Made by a program: the position numbers and the translations under genes. Source: Octopus vulgaris (taxonomy: Eukaryota). Taken from it: a stretch of 64,000 nt of DNA. Below, one piece after another: positions 38,179 through 51,980 of the stretch (the stretch's first letter is position 1; every line of letters begins with the position of its first letter). The notes under the pieces were generated by a model. That model ran no database searches, was not told where the DNA came from, and saw nothing but the letters and a program-made list of their open reading frames with translations. Location of the stretch: assembly GCA_951406725.2 (NCBI GenBank), contig OX597826.1:57288001-57352000 (forward strand), written 5' to 3'.

Positions 38179-39317
38179 CAGTGGAGGTTGATGTGATCGT
38201 AGTGGTCATAAGGAAATGGAAGAAGGAGAAGAAGAAGAAAACGAGATAAGAGTGAGTGAGAAGAAGAATAAAAGAAGAAAAAGAATATTTCATGTCAACC
38301 TTGGTCCTTAGAATTAAATTTTAGATAAGGTTATCTCCAAGTAATAGAACTTTTTTTTCTTAAGGTGGAAATGTAAGGACATATGTGTATGCATGCGTGC
38401 ATACATCTGTGTATGAATTAAAGAGATATTGTTTCAACAAGGAAATAGAGGAAGAGTTGCCATGTTTGTCTGAGAAAAGGTGAAATTGCTTAAGCAGGAG
38501 ATTTATCATAAGAAGCCATTTTTGATTGAGTTTGATTGAAAACCTAGATATTGGCTGTACTATCAATATAAGTAGAAGACAGTGGAAGAGGAACACTGAA
38601 AGAAGCAGAGGGTAACATATAGGGAAAAGAGAGAGATGGAAAAGGAGAGAAAGTGAAAGTAGGAAAAGAGTACTTAGTGTTAAATCAAGAGATCTTCATG
38701 ATGGCCCTTTATACCACCTAGCAAAATCTCTTCCTCTACCTCATCCATTAGATTCAGGGTCTACAGTATCCACCATCACCATCACCACAACCACCACTAC
38801 TAGCTGCCCAATGAATAACAGGACGTCACATGATGATTTAGAATCATTTCTGTTCAGACAGCTGATAGTGTCTAAATGTTATTAATCATAGACACTGGCC
38901 TTATTTAGTGATTACAAGACAACCGATAGACATGTAATATATCAGCTCCAGTTACGATGACTTATTACAATAAAGTTTTGATTTTTACTCTTCTATAGTC
39001 TTACACACAAACATATACACAGCATATAATAGTATGCATAAAAACATGCCACATATGCTTGTGTACATATTAAGAAGGTGTAATAACTGGAGACACATCA
39101 CACACACACATGCAGGCATGCACACATGCGTAAACAAACAAACACACTTACATTTATGCAGTAAAACTAATGGTATCCAAACAAAGCTTTTACATACACA
39201 TGACGATAACAAACTACTTGAATACATGCATATTCTATAAACATAGCATGTAGTTTAATAACATCTGAATAGAGCCACTACATGCTGACATCCAAGAGAA
39301 CAAGACATTAGCAAAGA

Positions 39318-39604
39318 GGTCGATAAATTAAGTACCAGTTATGAACTGGAGCCGATATAATCGATTTAATCCATTTGTCTGTCCTTGTTTGTCTCCTCTG
39401 TGTTTAGCCCCTTGTGGGTAGTAAAGAAATAGGTATTTCGTCTGCCGTTACATTCTGAGTTCGAATTCTGCCAAGGTCGACTTTGCCTTTCATCCTTTCG
39501 GGGGCGATAAATTAAGTACCAGTTATGCATTGGGGTCGATGTAATCAATTTAATCCGTTTGTCTGTCCTCTCTGTGTTTAGCCCCTTGTGGGTAATAAAG
39601 AAAT
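39318..39604 (+). mobile_element. Head-to-tail ~1.5-mer of the 184 bp family D' unit
   Basis: CGATAAATTAAGTACCAG at 39321 and 39505 (period 184); junction AAAGAAAT-AGGTATTTCGTCTGCC. Confidence 0.9.
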
Positions 39605-39647
39605 ATATTTCTTATATTTGCAAAGAAATCTAAAACAGGAGAACCTG

Positions 39648-40065
39648 TTACTCTTTACTCTTTCTCTTTTACTTGTTTCAGTCATTTGACTGCGGCCATG
39701 CTGCCTTTAGTTGAGCAAATCGACACCGGGACTTATTCTTTGTAAGCCTAGTACTTATTCTATCGGTCTCTTTTGCCGAACTGCTAGGTGACGGGGACGT
39801 AAACACACGAGCATCGGTTGTCAAACAATGCTAGGGGGACAAACACAGACACACAAACATATACACACACATACATATACATATATATATATACATATAT
39901 ACGACAGGCTTCTTTCAGTTTCCGTCTACCAAATCCACTCACAAGGCATTGGTCGGCCCGAGGCTATAGTAGAAGACACTTGCCCAAGATGCCACGCAGT
40001 GGGACTGAACCTGAAACCATGTGGTCGGTAAGCAAGCTACTTACCACACAGCCACTCCTGCGCCT
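39648..40065 (-). mobile_element. SINE family A, young full-length copy
   Basis: Collinear with 20123; small deletion after CCATGCTG. Confidence 0.95.
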
Positions 40066-40214
40066 ATTAACTCCTGCTAATTTAAAAAAATTTTCTTTCT
40101 CTCCATTGAGAGAAGAAAGTGCAGCATTGATGATATTTTCAAAGCTCTGATTCCGGTAGAAGAAAGTAATCTTCAAACCAGAAACCTGGTTCAAATACTT
40201 GCAATGGAGTGGAC

Positions 40215-40385
40215 ATCACTAAAGACACCCAAAGAGATTCTTCATAGTTTTCATGCACCAAATTTAATGCACAAGACTTTGATCAACCTGAAGCTATGAA
40301 AAAAGACAATTATTCAAGGTTCCACATCATGAGATTGAACCCAAAGCCATTGCAGTTGCAAAGTGAAATTCATAACCACACAACC
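40215..40385 (-). mobile_element. Highly diverged SINE family A 5' half
   Basis: Residual CACAAGACTTTGATCAACCTGAAGCTATG...GATTGAACCC...ACCACACAACC. Confidence 0.6.
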
Positions 40386-42262
40386 GTTACTGATATTGAA
40401 CTATGTCAATCAACAGAAAATGAAAAAGAGAGAAAAAGAAGTTATAATCAAGACATCCTTCTAAAGAAGCCTCGCATATTCTGTTTTTATCATTATACTT
40501 GACATATCTATAGAAATGGTAACATTATTAAAGCATGAAATATGGCACCTGAAGTGGATGAAGTACAAAATGATTGAAATGATACGATACAAATTTGAAG
40601 AAAAATACATAAATAAATCAATAATAATAACAATTCTAGCATAAAAATGAAACCTGTGCAAAAGTATAAGAGTGAAATTTTCAGAAATGGGGAAATATCA
40701 AAATAAAAACATTGACCTAAACTGTAGTTAAATTATGAGTTTATTTGATTTCTATCTGAAATTTTTTTATAACTTTTATTTTATTACTTTTATTTGTATG
40801 ACTTATTTAATTTTCTTATTTGTATGTCTTTCAGTTAAACTTTGGAAAACTTATAATCAGAAGGACATTATTCTAGGAAGTTTGAAAGAAAAAAAAAGTT
40901 ACCATGAATTTTACTTAAATAATTTCATAAGCTATAAGTAAATGTAAACATTTTGAAGTGTCTCATAAGAGGAGCATGAAAGTTGAAAGAAAAATATATC
41001 ATTTATAAAAGAATTATTGCCCCAATATCACTCTACAGATACACTGGGCTAAGTTGTGAGAGGTGGAGAGAAACTAAAGTAATGAGAGAGAGAGAAAGAG
41101 AAATGAAGAGGAAAAGAGAGAGTGAATTTGTGAGTAGAAATGTATATAAATGCAAGGATACCTTACAATCAAACAACTCTTCTGTTGTATGATGCTCAAA
41201 GCAAATGGTATGAAAAGAATGAAAAATGAAATAAATTCTGAAGCAAAACCAAACTTCTTCCAAAATTTGCTTAGAAAATGAATAACAAAACAAATAATAA
41301 GGTGTATATAAGAATTAGAATAGACAAATTATATTCTTCTTTTAAAAGTTTGCTAAAAAAATAAAAATGGTATTGAAATTTTCATAAAGGCAAATTTAAC
41401 TTTTTAAATGCATATGAAAGATTTTCTAATCTTTCTTTAGAAAAATATATACACACACAAACATATACACACACATACATACATAATGTATTTATACACA
41501 CTTATGCCTGTGTTTGTGCATATAAGTGTGTGTGCATGTGTGTGTGTGTGTGTACACATGTGTGCACATGTTTCTATAAATAGGTTGATAGAGATATAAA
41601 AGAACTGTATATTCCTAGCTGTTTAACTCAGCAATAAGAATCTTTGACGTAGAGTAGTAGCCAAATACAAGGTTAAGTACACAGAGGAATTACAAGTTAT
41701 GCATATACAGAATCTCGTTTTATACTGTCACTATCATTTCGATGCCTTAATAACATTTCTATTACTAACATTGCCTTGTTTTGTGAGAATGGGAGATTTT
41801 CTAGATGTTCTTTCTTCTCATTTAACAAGTTGACTCTTTATGACACACATGAAAAAAAAAGGGAACAGAGAAGTAGAAGCAGATTTAGCATTTCCCAAAT
41901 GGATTTGTTGCTATGGCACTCGACAAGGGCCCAGATGGGTTCCCCATTAAATAGTCACAGTTCTATGGCTTTTACTGCTAAATTTCAGAACAGAAGTTTT
42001 TGCATGTATCTATGTGTATGTATATATGTGAAGTTTAACCAACAGAAATCTCTTCACTCATGAAACAATACTCATTAGTACTGCCTCTGGGAATCTTTCT
42101 TCTGAGTTAGGTTCGATTCAAATGCCATAAGAAGAGAGCAATACCAAAATTAGTAAAAGAATGAGTATTTGTGCACATGTATATTTTGTGTTATGTTTGT
42201 TCAGCAGTATATGCTTTGACTGTAGATGAACATATTAGATACTCAAATAGGCATTAGACACT

Positions 42263-42492
42263 TTAACCCTTTCGTTACTAACCCAGCTGAAACCGGCTCT
42301 GGCTCTGTTGTACAAATGTCTTGTTTTCATAAGTTTTGAATTAAAATCTTCCACCAAACCTTAGTCACAATTTATGTTCCTAACACTAGCTGAATGATAA
42401 CTAAGTTATTTTACTGAAGTCTTTGTTATATTTAAAATTAATTGAAAGAAATACAGAGCATCTCAAAATAAATACAGTAACGAAAGTGTTAA
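42263..42492 (-). mobile_element. TTAA-targeting MITE family 1, inverted orientation
   Basis: TTAA at both ends; body is the reverse complement of 53399-53626. Confidence 0.9.
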
Positions 42493-43712
42493 TATATATA
42501 TACATTTTAGAATATGTGTGTATATCAAAATTGTGTGTGCATGTATATTGGAGTATGTGTGTGTATGTACATTGAAACATGTGTGAACACAGATTACAGC
42601 ATTTAAGCATTGTGTTAGAGCATGTGTGTGTATGTTGCAAAATCTGTAAAAGTGTATGTGTATTAAGTTAGAACATGTGTATATTGAAATGTGTGTATAT
42701 TTGGGAACATATGTGTGTACACGTATGTGGGAGTGTATTGGAGTATGTTCCTGAATACAAATAACTTATGTGTTCAAGAGAGCCCTCTTCATGCATGTGA
42801 GTATATTTGCACAGCCTGTGTTTGTGGACATACATGAATACTTGCATGAGTGTGCATGTACAACTGTGTATTAACATGTTCACACATGTGTGTCCACTTG
42901 TGCATTAGTGTGTGCATGTGTATTTGTGTGTACATGTATGCGTGTACACTTGTATATTTGTAGCTGCAAATATATATGTGAGTGTGTGATCCTGACAGTG
43001 TATCTATGTGTGCGCGCATGTGAGTTTTGTGTGCGCATATGTTTGCGCATGCATGCGAATTGTGTTTGTGTTTATTAGTGTGCACGGCTGAGAAACAACA
43101 GCAGAGATTAAACGTTTCAACTGAGCCTATTAATTGTAGCAAGTTATAAAACGACCAAGGTGACTTTATGTTGAGGAGTCATGTCTGTTGTGAAGGCATG
43201 ACGTGGATGGCAAGAATCAGTAGATCAACTTGAACAGACCGACAGGAAGTGGCCCCTATCATCTCTTCCTCAGCTTCCTGTCTATTTCACCATGAAGAGC
43301 CATAAATTTTCTTCATATCGTTAACAATCTTTTAATGTCATTAATAACCTTCTAGTTTTGATGTCACAGTCTATCTATCACATTTCAGTTTCCAGTGGTG
43401 CAGCCAGTAGAACAATTGTTCAATTCACTTCATCAAAGCTGCAGCAGGTTTAAGTACCATAGACAGTTTGAAATCATTGCTGTTTGGTACCACAAGCAGC
43501 AAGTTCAATTCCAATTGTCAGCAGATGATGTTCACACAGTGATGAGTCCAGTTTTATGATTACTCCAAAGTAATTTATTCATTGCAGAAGACTACGGAGT
43601 TTTGAATTGTATGCATAGTGTGCTGTGTAGATATAAATGTCAAAAGTTTTTAACATTGCTACAGACAATATAAGCTTTGACTGGGGCCATTTAAATCAAG
43701 AATTTAAATCTG

Positions 43713-43923
43713 TACTCTTTTACTCTTTTACTTGTTTCAGTCATTTGACTGCAGCCATGCTGGAGCACCGCCTTTAGTCGAGCAAATCGACCCCGGGACT
43801 TATTCTTTGTAAGCCCAGTACTTATTCTATCGGTCTCTTTTGCCGAACTGCTAAGTGATGGAGACGTAAACACACTAGCATCAGTTGTCAAGCAATGCTA
43901 GGGGGACAAACACAGACACACAA

Positions 43924-43962
<39 letters not shown>

Positions 43963-44106
43963 CGACAGGCTTCTTTCAGTTTCCGTCTACCAAATCCACT
44001 CACAAGGCATTGGTCAGCCCGGGGCTATAGCAGAAGACACTTGCCCAAGATGCCACGCAGTGGGACTGAACCCGCAACCATGTGGTTGGTTAGCAAGCTA
44101 CTTACC
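43713..44106 (-). mobile_element. SINE family A, young copy lacking the extreme 5' end (A box)
   Basis: Similarity stops at CTACTTACC (44106). Confidence 0.93.
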
Positions 44107-44264
44107 GCAATTAATTACTATTTCAGAAATGATCTTATATTGTTGATGTAAACATTTAGTATTGTTCACTAGTATATAACTGGTATCTATTGTATCATCT
44201 CAGAAAGATGAAAAACAGAAATTAAAGAAATCAGTTATTAAACTTAATACAAAGAATGGGACAA

Positions 44265-44490
44265 TATATTGGTTTCAAATTTTGGCACAAGGCCAGCAAT
44301 TTTGGGAGTTGTGGTGAGTCAATTACATCGACCCCCAATGCTCAACTGCTACTTATTTCATTGACTCCTTCCCCCGCCCCCAAAGGCAAAGTTAACCTTG
44401 GCAGAATTTGAAGTCAGATTGTAAAGACAGACAAAATGCTGCCAAGTATTTTGCCCATCATGCTAATGATTCTGCCAGCTTGCAGCCTTT
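44265..44490 (-). mobile_element. Full-length tRNA-derived SINE family D with 13 bp TSD
   Basis: Minus head AAGGCTGCAAGCTGGCAGAATCATTAGCA, B-box-like TTCAAATTC. TSD AAGAATGGGACAA at 44252-64 and 44491-44503. An older copy follows at ~44570-44790. Confidence 0.85.
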
Positions 44491-45228
44491 AAGAATGGGA
44501 CAAGGTATTGAAAATAATTTAGTGTACCTTGTCATCATTATTGTCAACTCACTGCCATAGTAATAATAACAATGGTTTCTTATATCGGTGCAAGACTAGT
44601 AATTTTGAGGAGAAGATGTTAGTCAATAGCATTCACTCTAGTACTTAGCTAGTACTATATTTTGTTTATCTGGTAGAATGTAAAGCAAAATTGACCTTGG
44701 TAGGGTTTGAACTCCAAACATAAGAGGCTGAAACAAACCTCAAGGCACCACTGCATTTTTATGATGCTCTAATGATTCCGCCAGTTCAGTGATATAAATA
44801 TGACTATAACAACAACAACAATAATTATGCATGAAAAATAATTGCAATGACAACATTAGCAATAAAACTATGTTAGTGGAGATGTTGATAGGAGAATTGA
44901 TTACGATAGAAATAGAGAAACAGTTCAAGTAGAAGTAGATTAATAATAGCAGCAGTAGTCAAAGCAACCAGTGATGGTCATGTTGACAAAAAGAAGTACT
45001 TGTAGCAGCTTTATGATCAACAACAACAATTGGAAACAATGTGAAAGTCTCTATGTAGTTGCAATAGGCATAAGCTAACATAACAGCTAAATCTACCATA
45101 AATCACACTATACTGTCTTAAAAAAGAATTCTACAAAAACACTGGACAGGTGTAATTCTAGATATACTAGTAAAATGAATGGTAACAACTGATAACACCT
45201 TGGATCCTAGATCTGTTGAAAGATTTCT

Positions 45229-45652
45229 TTAACCCTTTAGCATTGAGATTACTTTGTCAAATGTAATAACTATTTGTCAAATGTAATGCTTATTTATTTT
45301 GAATTAATCATGCAATAATCTCATATCTTCAAGATTTTGAGGATGTGTTTGTTTATTTTTAGAATAACATTTTAGGGTAGGTGTAAGAGGCTGGACCTGG
45401 CTAGTTTGAACATCATCATCATCATCATTATTTAGCATCCGTTTTCCATGCTAGCATGGGTTGGACGGTTCAACTGGGGTCTGTGAAGCCAGAAGGCTGC
45501 ATCAGGCCCAGTCTGATCTGGCAGTGTTTCTACGGCTGGATGCCCTTCCTAACGCCAACCACTCCGCGAGTGTAGTGGGTGCTTTTTACGTGCCACCCGC
45601 ACAGGTAAAATATTTGGGCCTGATAGGGCTGGTTTAAATGCTGAAGAGTTAA
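45229..45652 (+). mobile_element. TTAA-targeting MITE family 2, interrupted by a family C SINE
   Basis: TTAACCCTTTAGCATT ... AATGCTGAAGAGTTAA; collinear with 25071-25270 once the SINE is removed. Confidence 0.82.
45411..45600 (-). mobile_element. SINE family C 3' fragment
   Basis: (CAT)n tail then TTCCATGCTAGCATGGGTTGGACGG...CTTTTTACGTGCCACC. Confidence 0.9.
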
Positions 45653-48600
45653 ATCATCCTCCAATTTATCACTGGTACACATTAAAAAAAAATATGAAGT
45701 ATTACAGAAGCCCATTTGATTCCAGCATGAATTGAACTTGAAGCAGTATGGAACCGAACTAAGAGATGCAAAACCTATGATTATAAACTGATAATAAATC
45801 CATTTAAATAGGTGTATGAAGAATGATGTAAGAATGAATGACAAGGATGATGAAGAAGAAATGATGGAGATACAAGGAAGATGAAAAAGAGAAAAGATAT
45901 GAAGATATATTCTTATTTCAATCTGACAAAAATATTAAACATAGAATCCAGGTTTCTGATGTAGATCTACAACATGAATAATTATTTTTTTTTTGTGTTT
46001 TTTTTTCTTTGTATTTTTGTAGTGTAAAGAATAATCATAAGAATTTATAACTACACAAAAGTTATTTGGGATGAAAAAAAAAAATTGAAAGAAAAAGAAA
46101 GAAAGCTTCATTAACCCCAAAGAGGGCACCCATTTTCCAGTAAATATGGAAAGAATTCTTAAAAATTAATCTGCCATTAATATTACACTGACAACTTGGC
46201 AAATATAAATTGATAATAGCTGCAAATAAGGGTCGTGGTTTATGTTTGCACTGTTTGCATTGCAGAGAGAGCAGCTTTGTTGTTCTTTTCCTTCTATATT
46301 TTTTAATGCATACACATACATACATACATACATACATACATACATACATTTATATATAGTTTTTAATTTCTGATGCAAATGACTCTAAGATGGAAGGAAA
46401 GATTAAATAGGAACGGATTTTTTTTCCTTCATCTCTCTCGCTCTCTCGCTCTCTCTCTCTCTTTCTCTCTCTCTCTTTCTCTCTCTCTCTTTGTTTTTTA
46501 TTTATTTACTTTTTTTTTGCAAAAACAGAAACAACAAATGCGAAAGAAAAAATCACATGAAAAGCCGATAATTCTAGGTGAAAAGTCAAAGTGAGAGATT
46601 ATTTGGCAGAGCGCTGAACAAAAGCTAAAAATCAGATGTTTATCACATGGAATGTTTAAGGAAGAGGAGGAGAAGTAAGAGGAAAAGAGAGAGGGAGAGA
46701 CATTTTTCACTCTTAGTGAATTATGAACACTCAGTTGATTGGTCACTCTTCTTCCTTTCTTTTTGTCCCTCCTCTTTCTTGCATTTTTCTTGTCTGGCTG
46801 TTGGCACTGGTTGTTCAGTGACACTAGTTAAATGACCATTAATTATTTTGTCTTTGAAACTTTTGCTAGTCTGACTCCTGACCCTTTTACTTTTTAGCCT
46901 GGCTTCCTTTGGGGAATGTCTTTAACCAAATTGATCAGGATAGCACCAAGTGCATTAATCAGAACCTTCATTTCTGTATCTCTACAGCTTACCAGACAAT
47001 CCAGAAGAAAGACACTCAATCTTCACACAGACAGCTGTTTCGCCTACCCTAAACCATCCTTATTTATCTTCAAACATCATCTTTATACAACCAGATCTGC
47101 CCATATTGAAGAAAGGAAAATCTAAATAGAACAAAAATATAAAGAATAAATTCAATTATTTATTTCCAGGATTTCCAAAACTGTTATCCTTATCAAGTTC
47201 CAATTCTACAGTTTAACCCTTCCACCTTCAAATAAAAAGCTTAAACTAGTCATAACAGTTTGTCAGAGTTCTCAATCTTCAGTCGGTTCTTTTCTTTTCC
47301 AAAATTAACTTTAACAATAACATTATCTAAGGCATCTGTGCAGTTCTTCTTAGATTCCCCGTAGAGAAGAAGAGGAAACAGAAAGAATAACAAAGCAAAA
47401 AACCAATAAACAATGTTATGATCAACAAGGTTTAGTTGTTTAGCAACAATATAAATTCATCTAATACTGTGTCTGTACTTTAAGAGGAAATGTTACCAAT
47501 AGTAATAGTGAAAAACTAACGCTCTGTGCAAAGAGAGCATCATTAACTTCACACAGAAAGTTTAATGACACACTGAAAATTGCTTTATATACTTGACTTC
47601 ACACTGAATATAGTTCTGTCTATTGTTCTGAATACTAGTCTGAAAATGCACAGAAAATTATTCTTTACATTTAAAATCACAATGTTTCATTAATTACAAC
47701 CAGAGGGAAAAGAGATGGTGGAGGAAATCTCTATCCTTCATTGATGTTTTGTAACTTAATATGACTGTCTGGTAGACACTTTTTTAAATGATGGTATTGA
47801 TGATTAAATCCATTTAATATATCATATTACCATAATAAGATATGTAAACACTAAAATAGTTAAGTTTGCAATTGTTATCGTTCAGTTTAGCACCTCCAAA
47901 CATCTCCACCTGACTATAAAGTGCCTTTAGAGGAGTCCAGTCTGTTGTAAGCTTTCACACCAGGTTTGAGTCTGAAGTCAACTTATTCCTTTCCTCCCAA
48001 TATGAGAGTCCTGAAAAGTCCAATGGTCATTCGCCCTGTGGTTAAACTATTGAAAAATATAAGTGCATCTGCCCGGTGGATATTATTACATATTACCATA
48101 CCTATTGTAAATAAAAAAAGCATATGTCATGACTACTGCATAGACACTTTGCTCTTTAAATGTAAATGGAGTAAATTAAAGCAATAAGAAACTGTGTTAG
48201 CTATTTGCTAAGAGTTTACGAACAAGGCTTTTTATCTCATAGAAGTTTCATTGAAACTTAGTATGCAAATGTGGTATACTTCACTTGCTTTTGTTGGTCA
48301 ATATCAGAACCAATTTCTATAAACCAAATTTATAACTGACTACAATATTGAACTATTAAACCCCACTTGGTTAAAACGTTTCCAACCATATTCACACTGT
48401 TTTTCTATCACTTGCCTATTTACAATTATAGGACCACACTGAGTATCACAAAGCATTGAGTTTCATAATGCTGTGAAATATTCTACCTCACATATTTGAA
48501 GAACACTTTCATTCATGACAGTGCCTGTTGATCTTGTAACTGATTTGCATACTGAATTTTTCAGGTTTTCAGAGTTTCAGGATTTATGTTGGTAGTGGTC

Positions 48601-48707
48601 AAAGAATACAAATCAAACTGACTCTTCTAGCTGCATACAGATTTTCCAGAACTGATACTTATCTAATAGAGTTATATCCTATTCAAGGAGATTCATCTCC
48701 CATCCAA

Positions 48708-48909
48708 TTAACCTTTACATTACTATATTTCTAATGAATTATACTGCTTTCATTCCAATTAATTTTGAAAGGAATAAAGAAACTATTGTTTGGAGCATAA
48801 ATCAGCATGATATTTTGAGGGAAGGTTTCACTTTAGATCCCTTTAAAACAGGAAGTTTGTTTCACAGAACGAGTAGTGTTCTCAGGGTGGTTGGCATCAA
48901 AAAGGTTAA
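48708..48909 (+). mobile_element. Diverged TTAA MITE related to family 1
   Basis: TTAACCTTT ... AAAGGTTAA termini and a weakly similar body. Confidence 0.6.
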
Positions 48910-51445
48910 TACATATTACTGTCCATAGCTAAGAACACATTTGACTGAACCATGAGGCTTTTAGTGACATACATTATTTCAAATAATAACAAGACAGCAT
49001 AGCAATAACTGTGAGAAAATAGGCTATTCATTTTATATACACTATCTTTGAAGTAAAAATAAATAAATGAATAAATGAATAAACAAACATTAATCCTGAG
49101 AAATATGTTTTCAATGTTTAAATTAATTCCAGCAAATAATGACACAAGGCTTTTGAAATGTTTCCTTTTTGTTTTGTTCCGTTTTCTTTCTTTTTGAATC
49201 AGTGTCAAAAGTTAATTCGGATGTCACAATTGTACTGCTAAAAATATTAGTTTCGCTAGTTAGCACCAACAACTAACTGAAGCCATTAACTGAACCACTC
49301 AGGCAGGAAGATGCAGTTGACTTAAGTTAGTAAATACTTCAGTGTTTTTATGCAGACATGTGTGTTTTGTTTGCGGATGCATACAAGCATATATATATAC
49401 ACACATACATATATATTACACACAAAATGGAAATGTATGTAAAATACAAACTAAAAAAAGCTACAAAAGGGAAGTGCTATAGAAAATTATGTTGATTACT
49501 TTTTCAGGTGAGATAGATTAAGAAATAAACAAAACACAAACAAGATAATAAATTGGTTTGTCTGGGAACAACAAATGGTGTGAAATAAAACAAAAGATTT
49601 ATAAAATAGTTAAGTAGCAAAGGGGGAAATAGTATCAACTGCAAAACAAATTGTTTGTTTATTTGAATATGCACATCGTAAAGGTTTTAAATACAGAAGG
49701 GAAAACTATCTACACATTCCAGATTTTTCAGCCCACCTAATACTCTTGGGTTTAAATGTGGAGGTTTGAAGAATCTTATTAGCACAGTGCTGAATAATTA
49801 TTCTTAGAGATATAGAAATAGATATACACCAAAATTTCACATCAGAGCGAAAAGCAAGATATAACGCTGTTCACTCAGGTTTCTCCTCAATGCTTACATA
49901 AAGACAGAAAGAATAGGTTTGGTTAGAATTTTTGATTATATTTATCACTGGGCTACTCAGACAGTGTGTTTCAATACAGAAAGAGAACAAAAAAAACAGA
50001 TTGGAAAGCATAGGTAAGCTCTGTACTGTTAAAAGTGAGGTGTTTTTCTCATTTTTTCCTATTTTCTATTTTTTTCAAAATTTAATTTTCACTTTTATTT
50101 TTACAGAATGTTCTTAAATTTCTGAAGCATTTGCTTCAGGAATTTCTTAAGCCAACTAAATTCTTATGCAATAACCAATCATTCAACACCAAAATATAAC
50201 TTATGTAAGTTTACATTGTTTAACACTTGGATCAACACCTATAGCCAAAGGCATTCCAATAGTGATCATCCCACCTTTTCTTTAGACATGATATATTTTA
50301 CATTATTCACTGTACCCTTCCCTTTCCAAAGAACAGTGTGTGATCTAAGGGAGATTTGACAATTATTTCAAATAAGTCAACCAAGAAATTAGTGGCTCCT
50401 TTAGTAGGTCATAATGGTATACATTTCTCACCATATGTTTCCTAAGAAAGAGAAAAAAATTATCGTTTCTAGGCAATGGTGCAAGGTTTGAATTGTCAAC
50501 CTTTGAGTTAGATTCAGAAGTCCAGTTTATTAGGTATCAGTTACTGTTCTTCAGCAATCAATTAACAAACAGAGAATACTAATTAAGGAGAAAAATTAGT
50601 AGGGATCAACAGATCTACTTCTTTTGAGTGTAAAGGAATCAAAATGCTGCTTGATCTGCAGGGCAAAGCCAGAATTCCCATCATGCTATCAACATCATCA
50701 TTGTTCTAATGACCCCTTTTCTATGCTTGTATGGGCCAAATAGAATTTGTTGGGATAGATTTTCTATGGCCAACTACCATTCCTGTCATCAACCCTCACT
50801 TGTTTTCAAGCAAGGAAATATTTTCCCTTTGTCTTGACGTATTGTCATGGAAGACTAGAAGAGTGAATGAGTGAGTGAGTGAATGAGTGTGTGTGTGTAT
50901 GTGTTTGTATGCTGGATGCTTTTATATATAAATAGGTACAATGTGCAATGAGTAAATTCATAAAAGAGTTAGCAAAATTGCATGTGTATGTGTAAATTCT
51001 TCTATCATGAAAGATAAAGCAAAGAGAGGCAATGTACTTTGAACACGAAATAGACACTGAAAATACCAATTTCTCTATTAGATTATTGCAATCCCAATTC
51101 AAATGGTACACAACTAGGTGACCAGTTAGGTAAACAGTAAGTAGCTGCATATTTTAAAGAAAGAATAAGCAGGCCAGTATAGGATAATAAGATAGTAGAG
51201 TGCCTTGATTATAGGAATTGGTTTTCTGCACTTGCATTTTCATCAGCAATAATTACATTGATCTCTTTCTGTCTTAGATGTTGTTTAGGTGAAGCTTATA
51301 TAATTTAGTGTTGCACAGAGATGTAGTAAGTACTAAACAGAAAAAAAAACAGTATAGTGCAATTTATCGAAACCAAGCATTGTCAAGTTTGAGTATCAGC
51401 AGAATGAGTCAAAATTGTTGAGAATATTCAGTAGCAAGATGTAAT

Positions 51446-51512
<67 letters not shown>

Positions 51513-51540
51513 CAGCAGCAGTAGTAGTAGCAGCAGCAAC

Positions 51541-51576
<36 letters not shown>

Positions 51577-51603
51577 TGTTGTTGTAGTAGTAGAAGCAGT
51601 AGT
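51446..51603. repeat. (GTA)n/(GCA)n/(GTT)n compound microsatellite
   Basis: Direct reading. Confidence 0.96.
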
Positions 51604-51639
51604 ATGGCAACAAGCACTGTAGGAGCATGTTGTTGCACT

Positions 51640-51857
51640 CATCATGTATTGGTGAATCCCTACAACTCCTGGAGGATGGTGCCCTTGCACCACTCAGGTG
51701 ACAACCCCCCAGCTCATGGGTGTGTTTAGGTAGGCGTTGCTAGTGAGGGTTTTATGAAGTTGCAATGCAAATCCTATTTCAACCTCTTTTAGTCACCCTT
51801 TATGACAAGCAGAGGAAATGCTGGCTCTATTCTTTGATATACCGATCACCACACAGC
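51640..51857 (-). mobile_element. Probable RTE-type 5' UTR fragment
   Basis: Minus strand CCTCTGCTTGTCATAAAGGGTGACTAAAAG resembles the CCTGCTTGTCGTAAGAGGCGACTAA motif I recall from RTE-related 5' ends. Confidence 0.45.
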
Positions 51858-51861
51858 ACTA

Positions 51862-51980
51862 GAACAACGTGAAAGGAAGTGTTTTTACTCAAGAACATAA
51901 CACACCACCTGGTTCAAGAATCGAACCCATAATCTGGTGATCACGAGTGCAACATCCTAACCACTAGGCCATGCCTTCAC
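51862..51980 (-). mobile_element. tRNA-derived SINE head related to family B
   Basis: Minus strand TGGCCTAGTGGTTAGG ... GGGTTCGATTC ... TTCTTGAGTAAAAACACTT. Confidence 0.75.

Noticed and set aside
37778-38293. Mucin-like Thr-rich ORF
   Set aside because: Product of a 45 bp minisatellite, open on both strands, with no splice signals or signal peptide context.
46941-46963. miR-29-like seed TAGCACCA
   Set aside because: Only 8 nt match and no hairpin partner arm.
50848-50858. miR-7-like TGGAAGACTAG
   Set aside because: Match ends after 11 nt, lies at the edge of a decayed repeat, and has no precursor hairpin.
51396-51693. Poly-Leu, poly-Thr/Ala and poly-Tyr/Cys ORFs
   Set aside because: Trinucleotide microsatellite translations.
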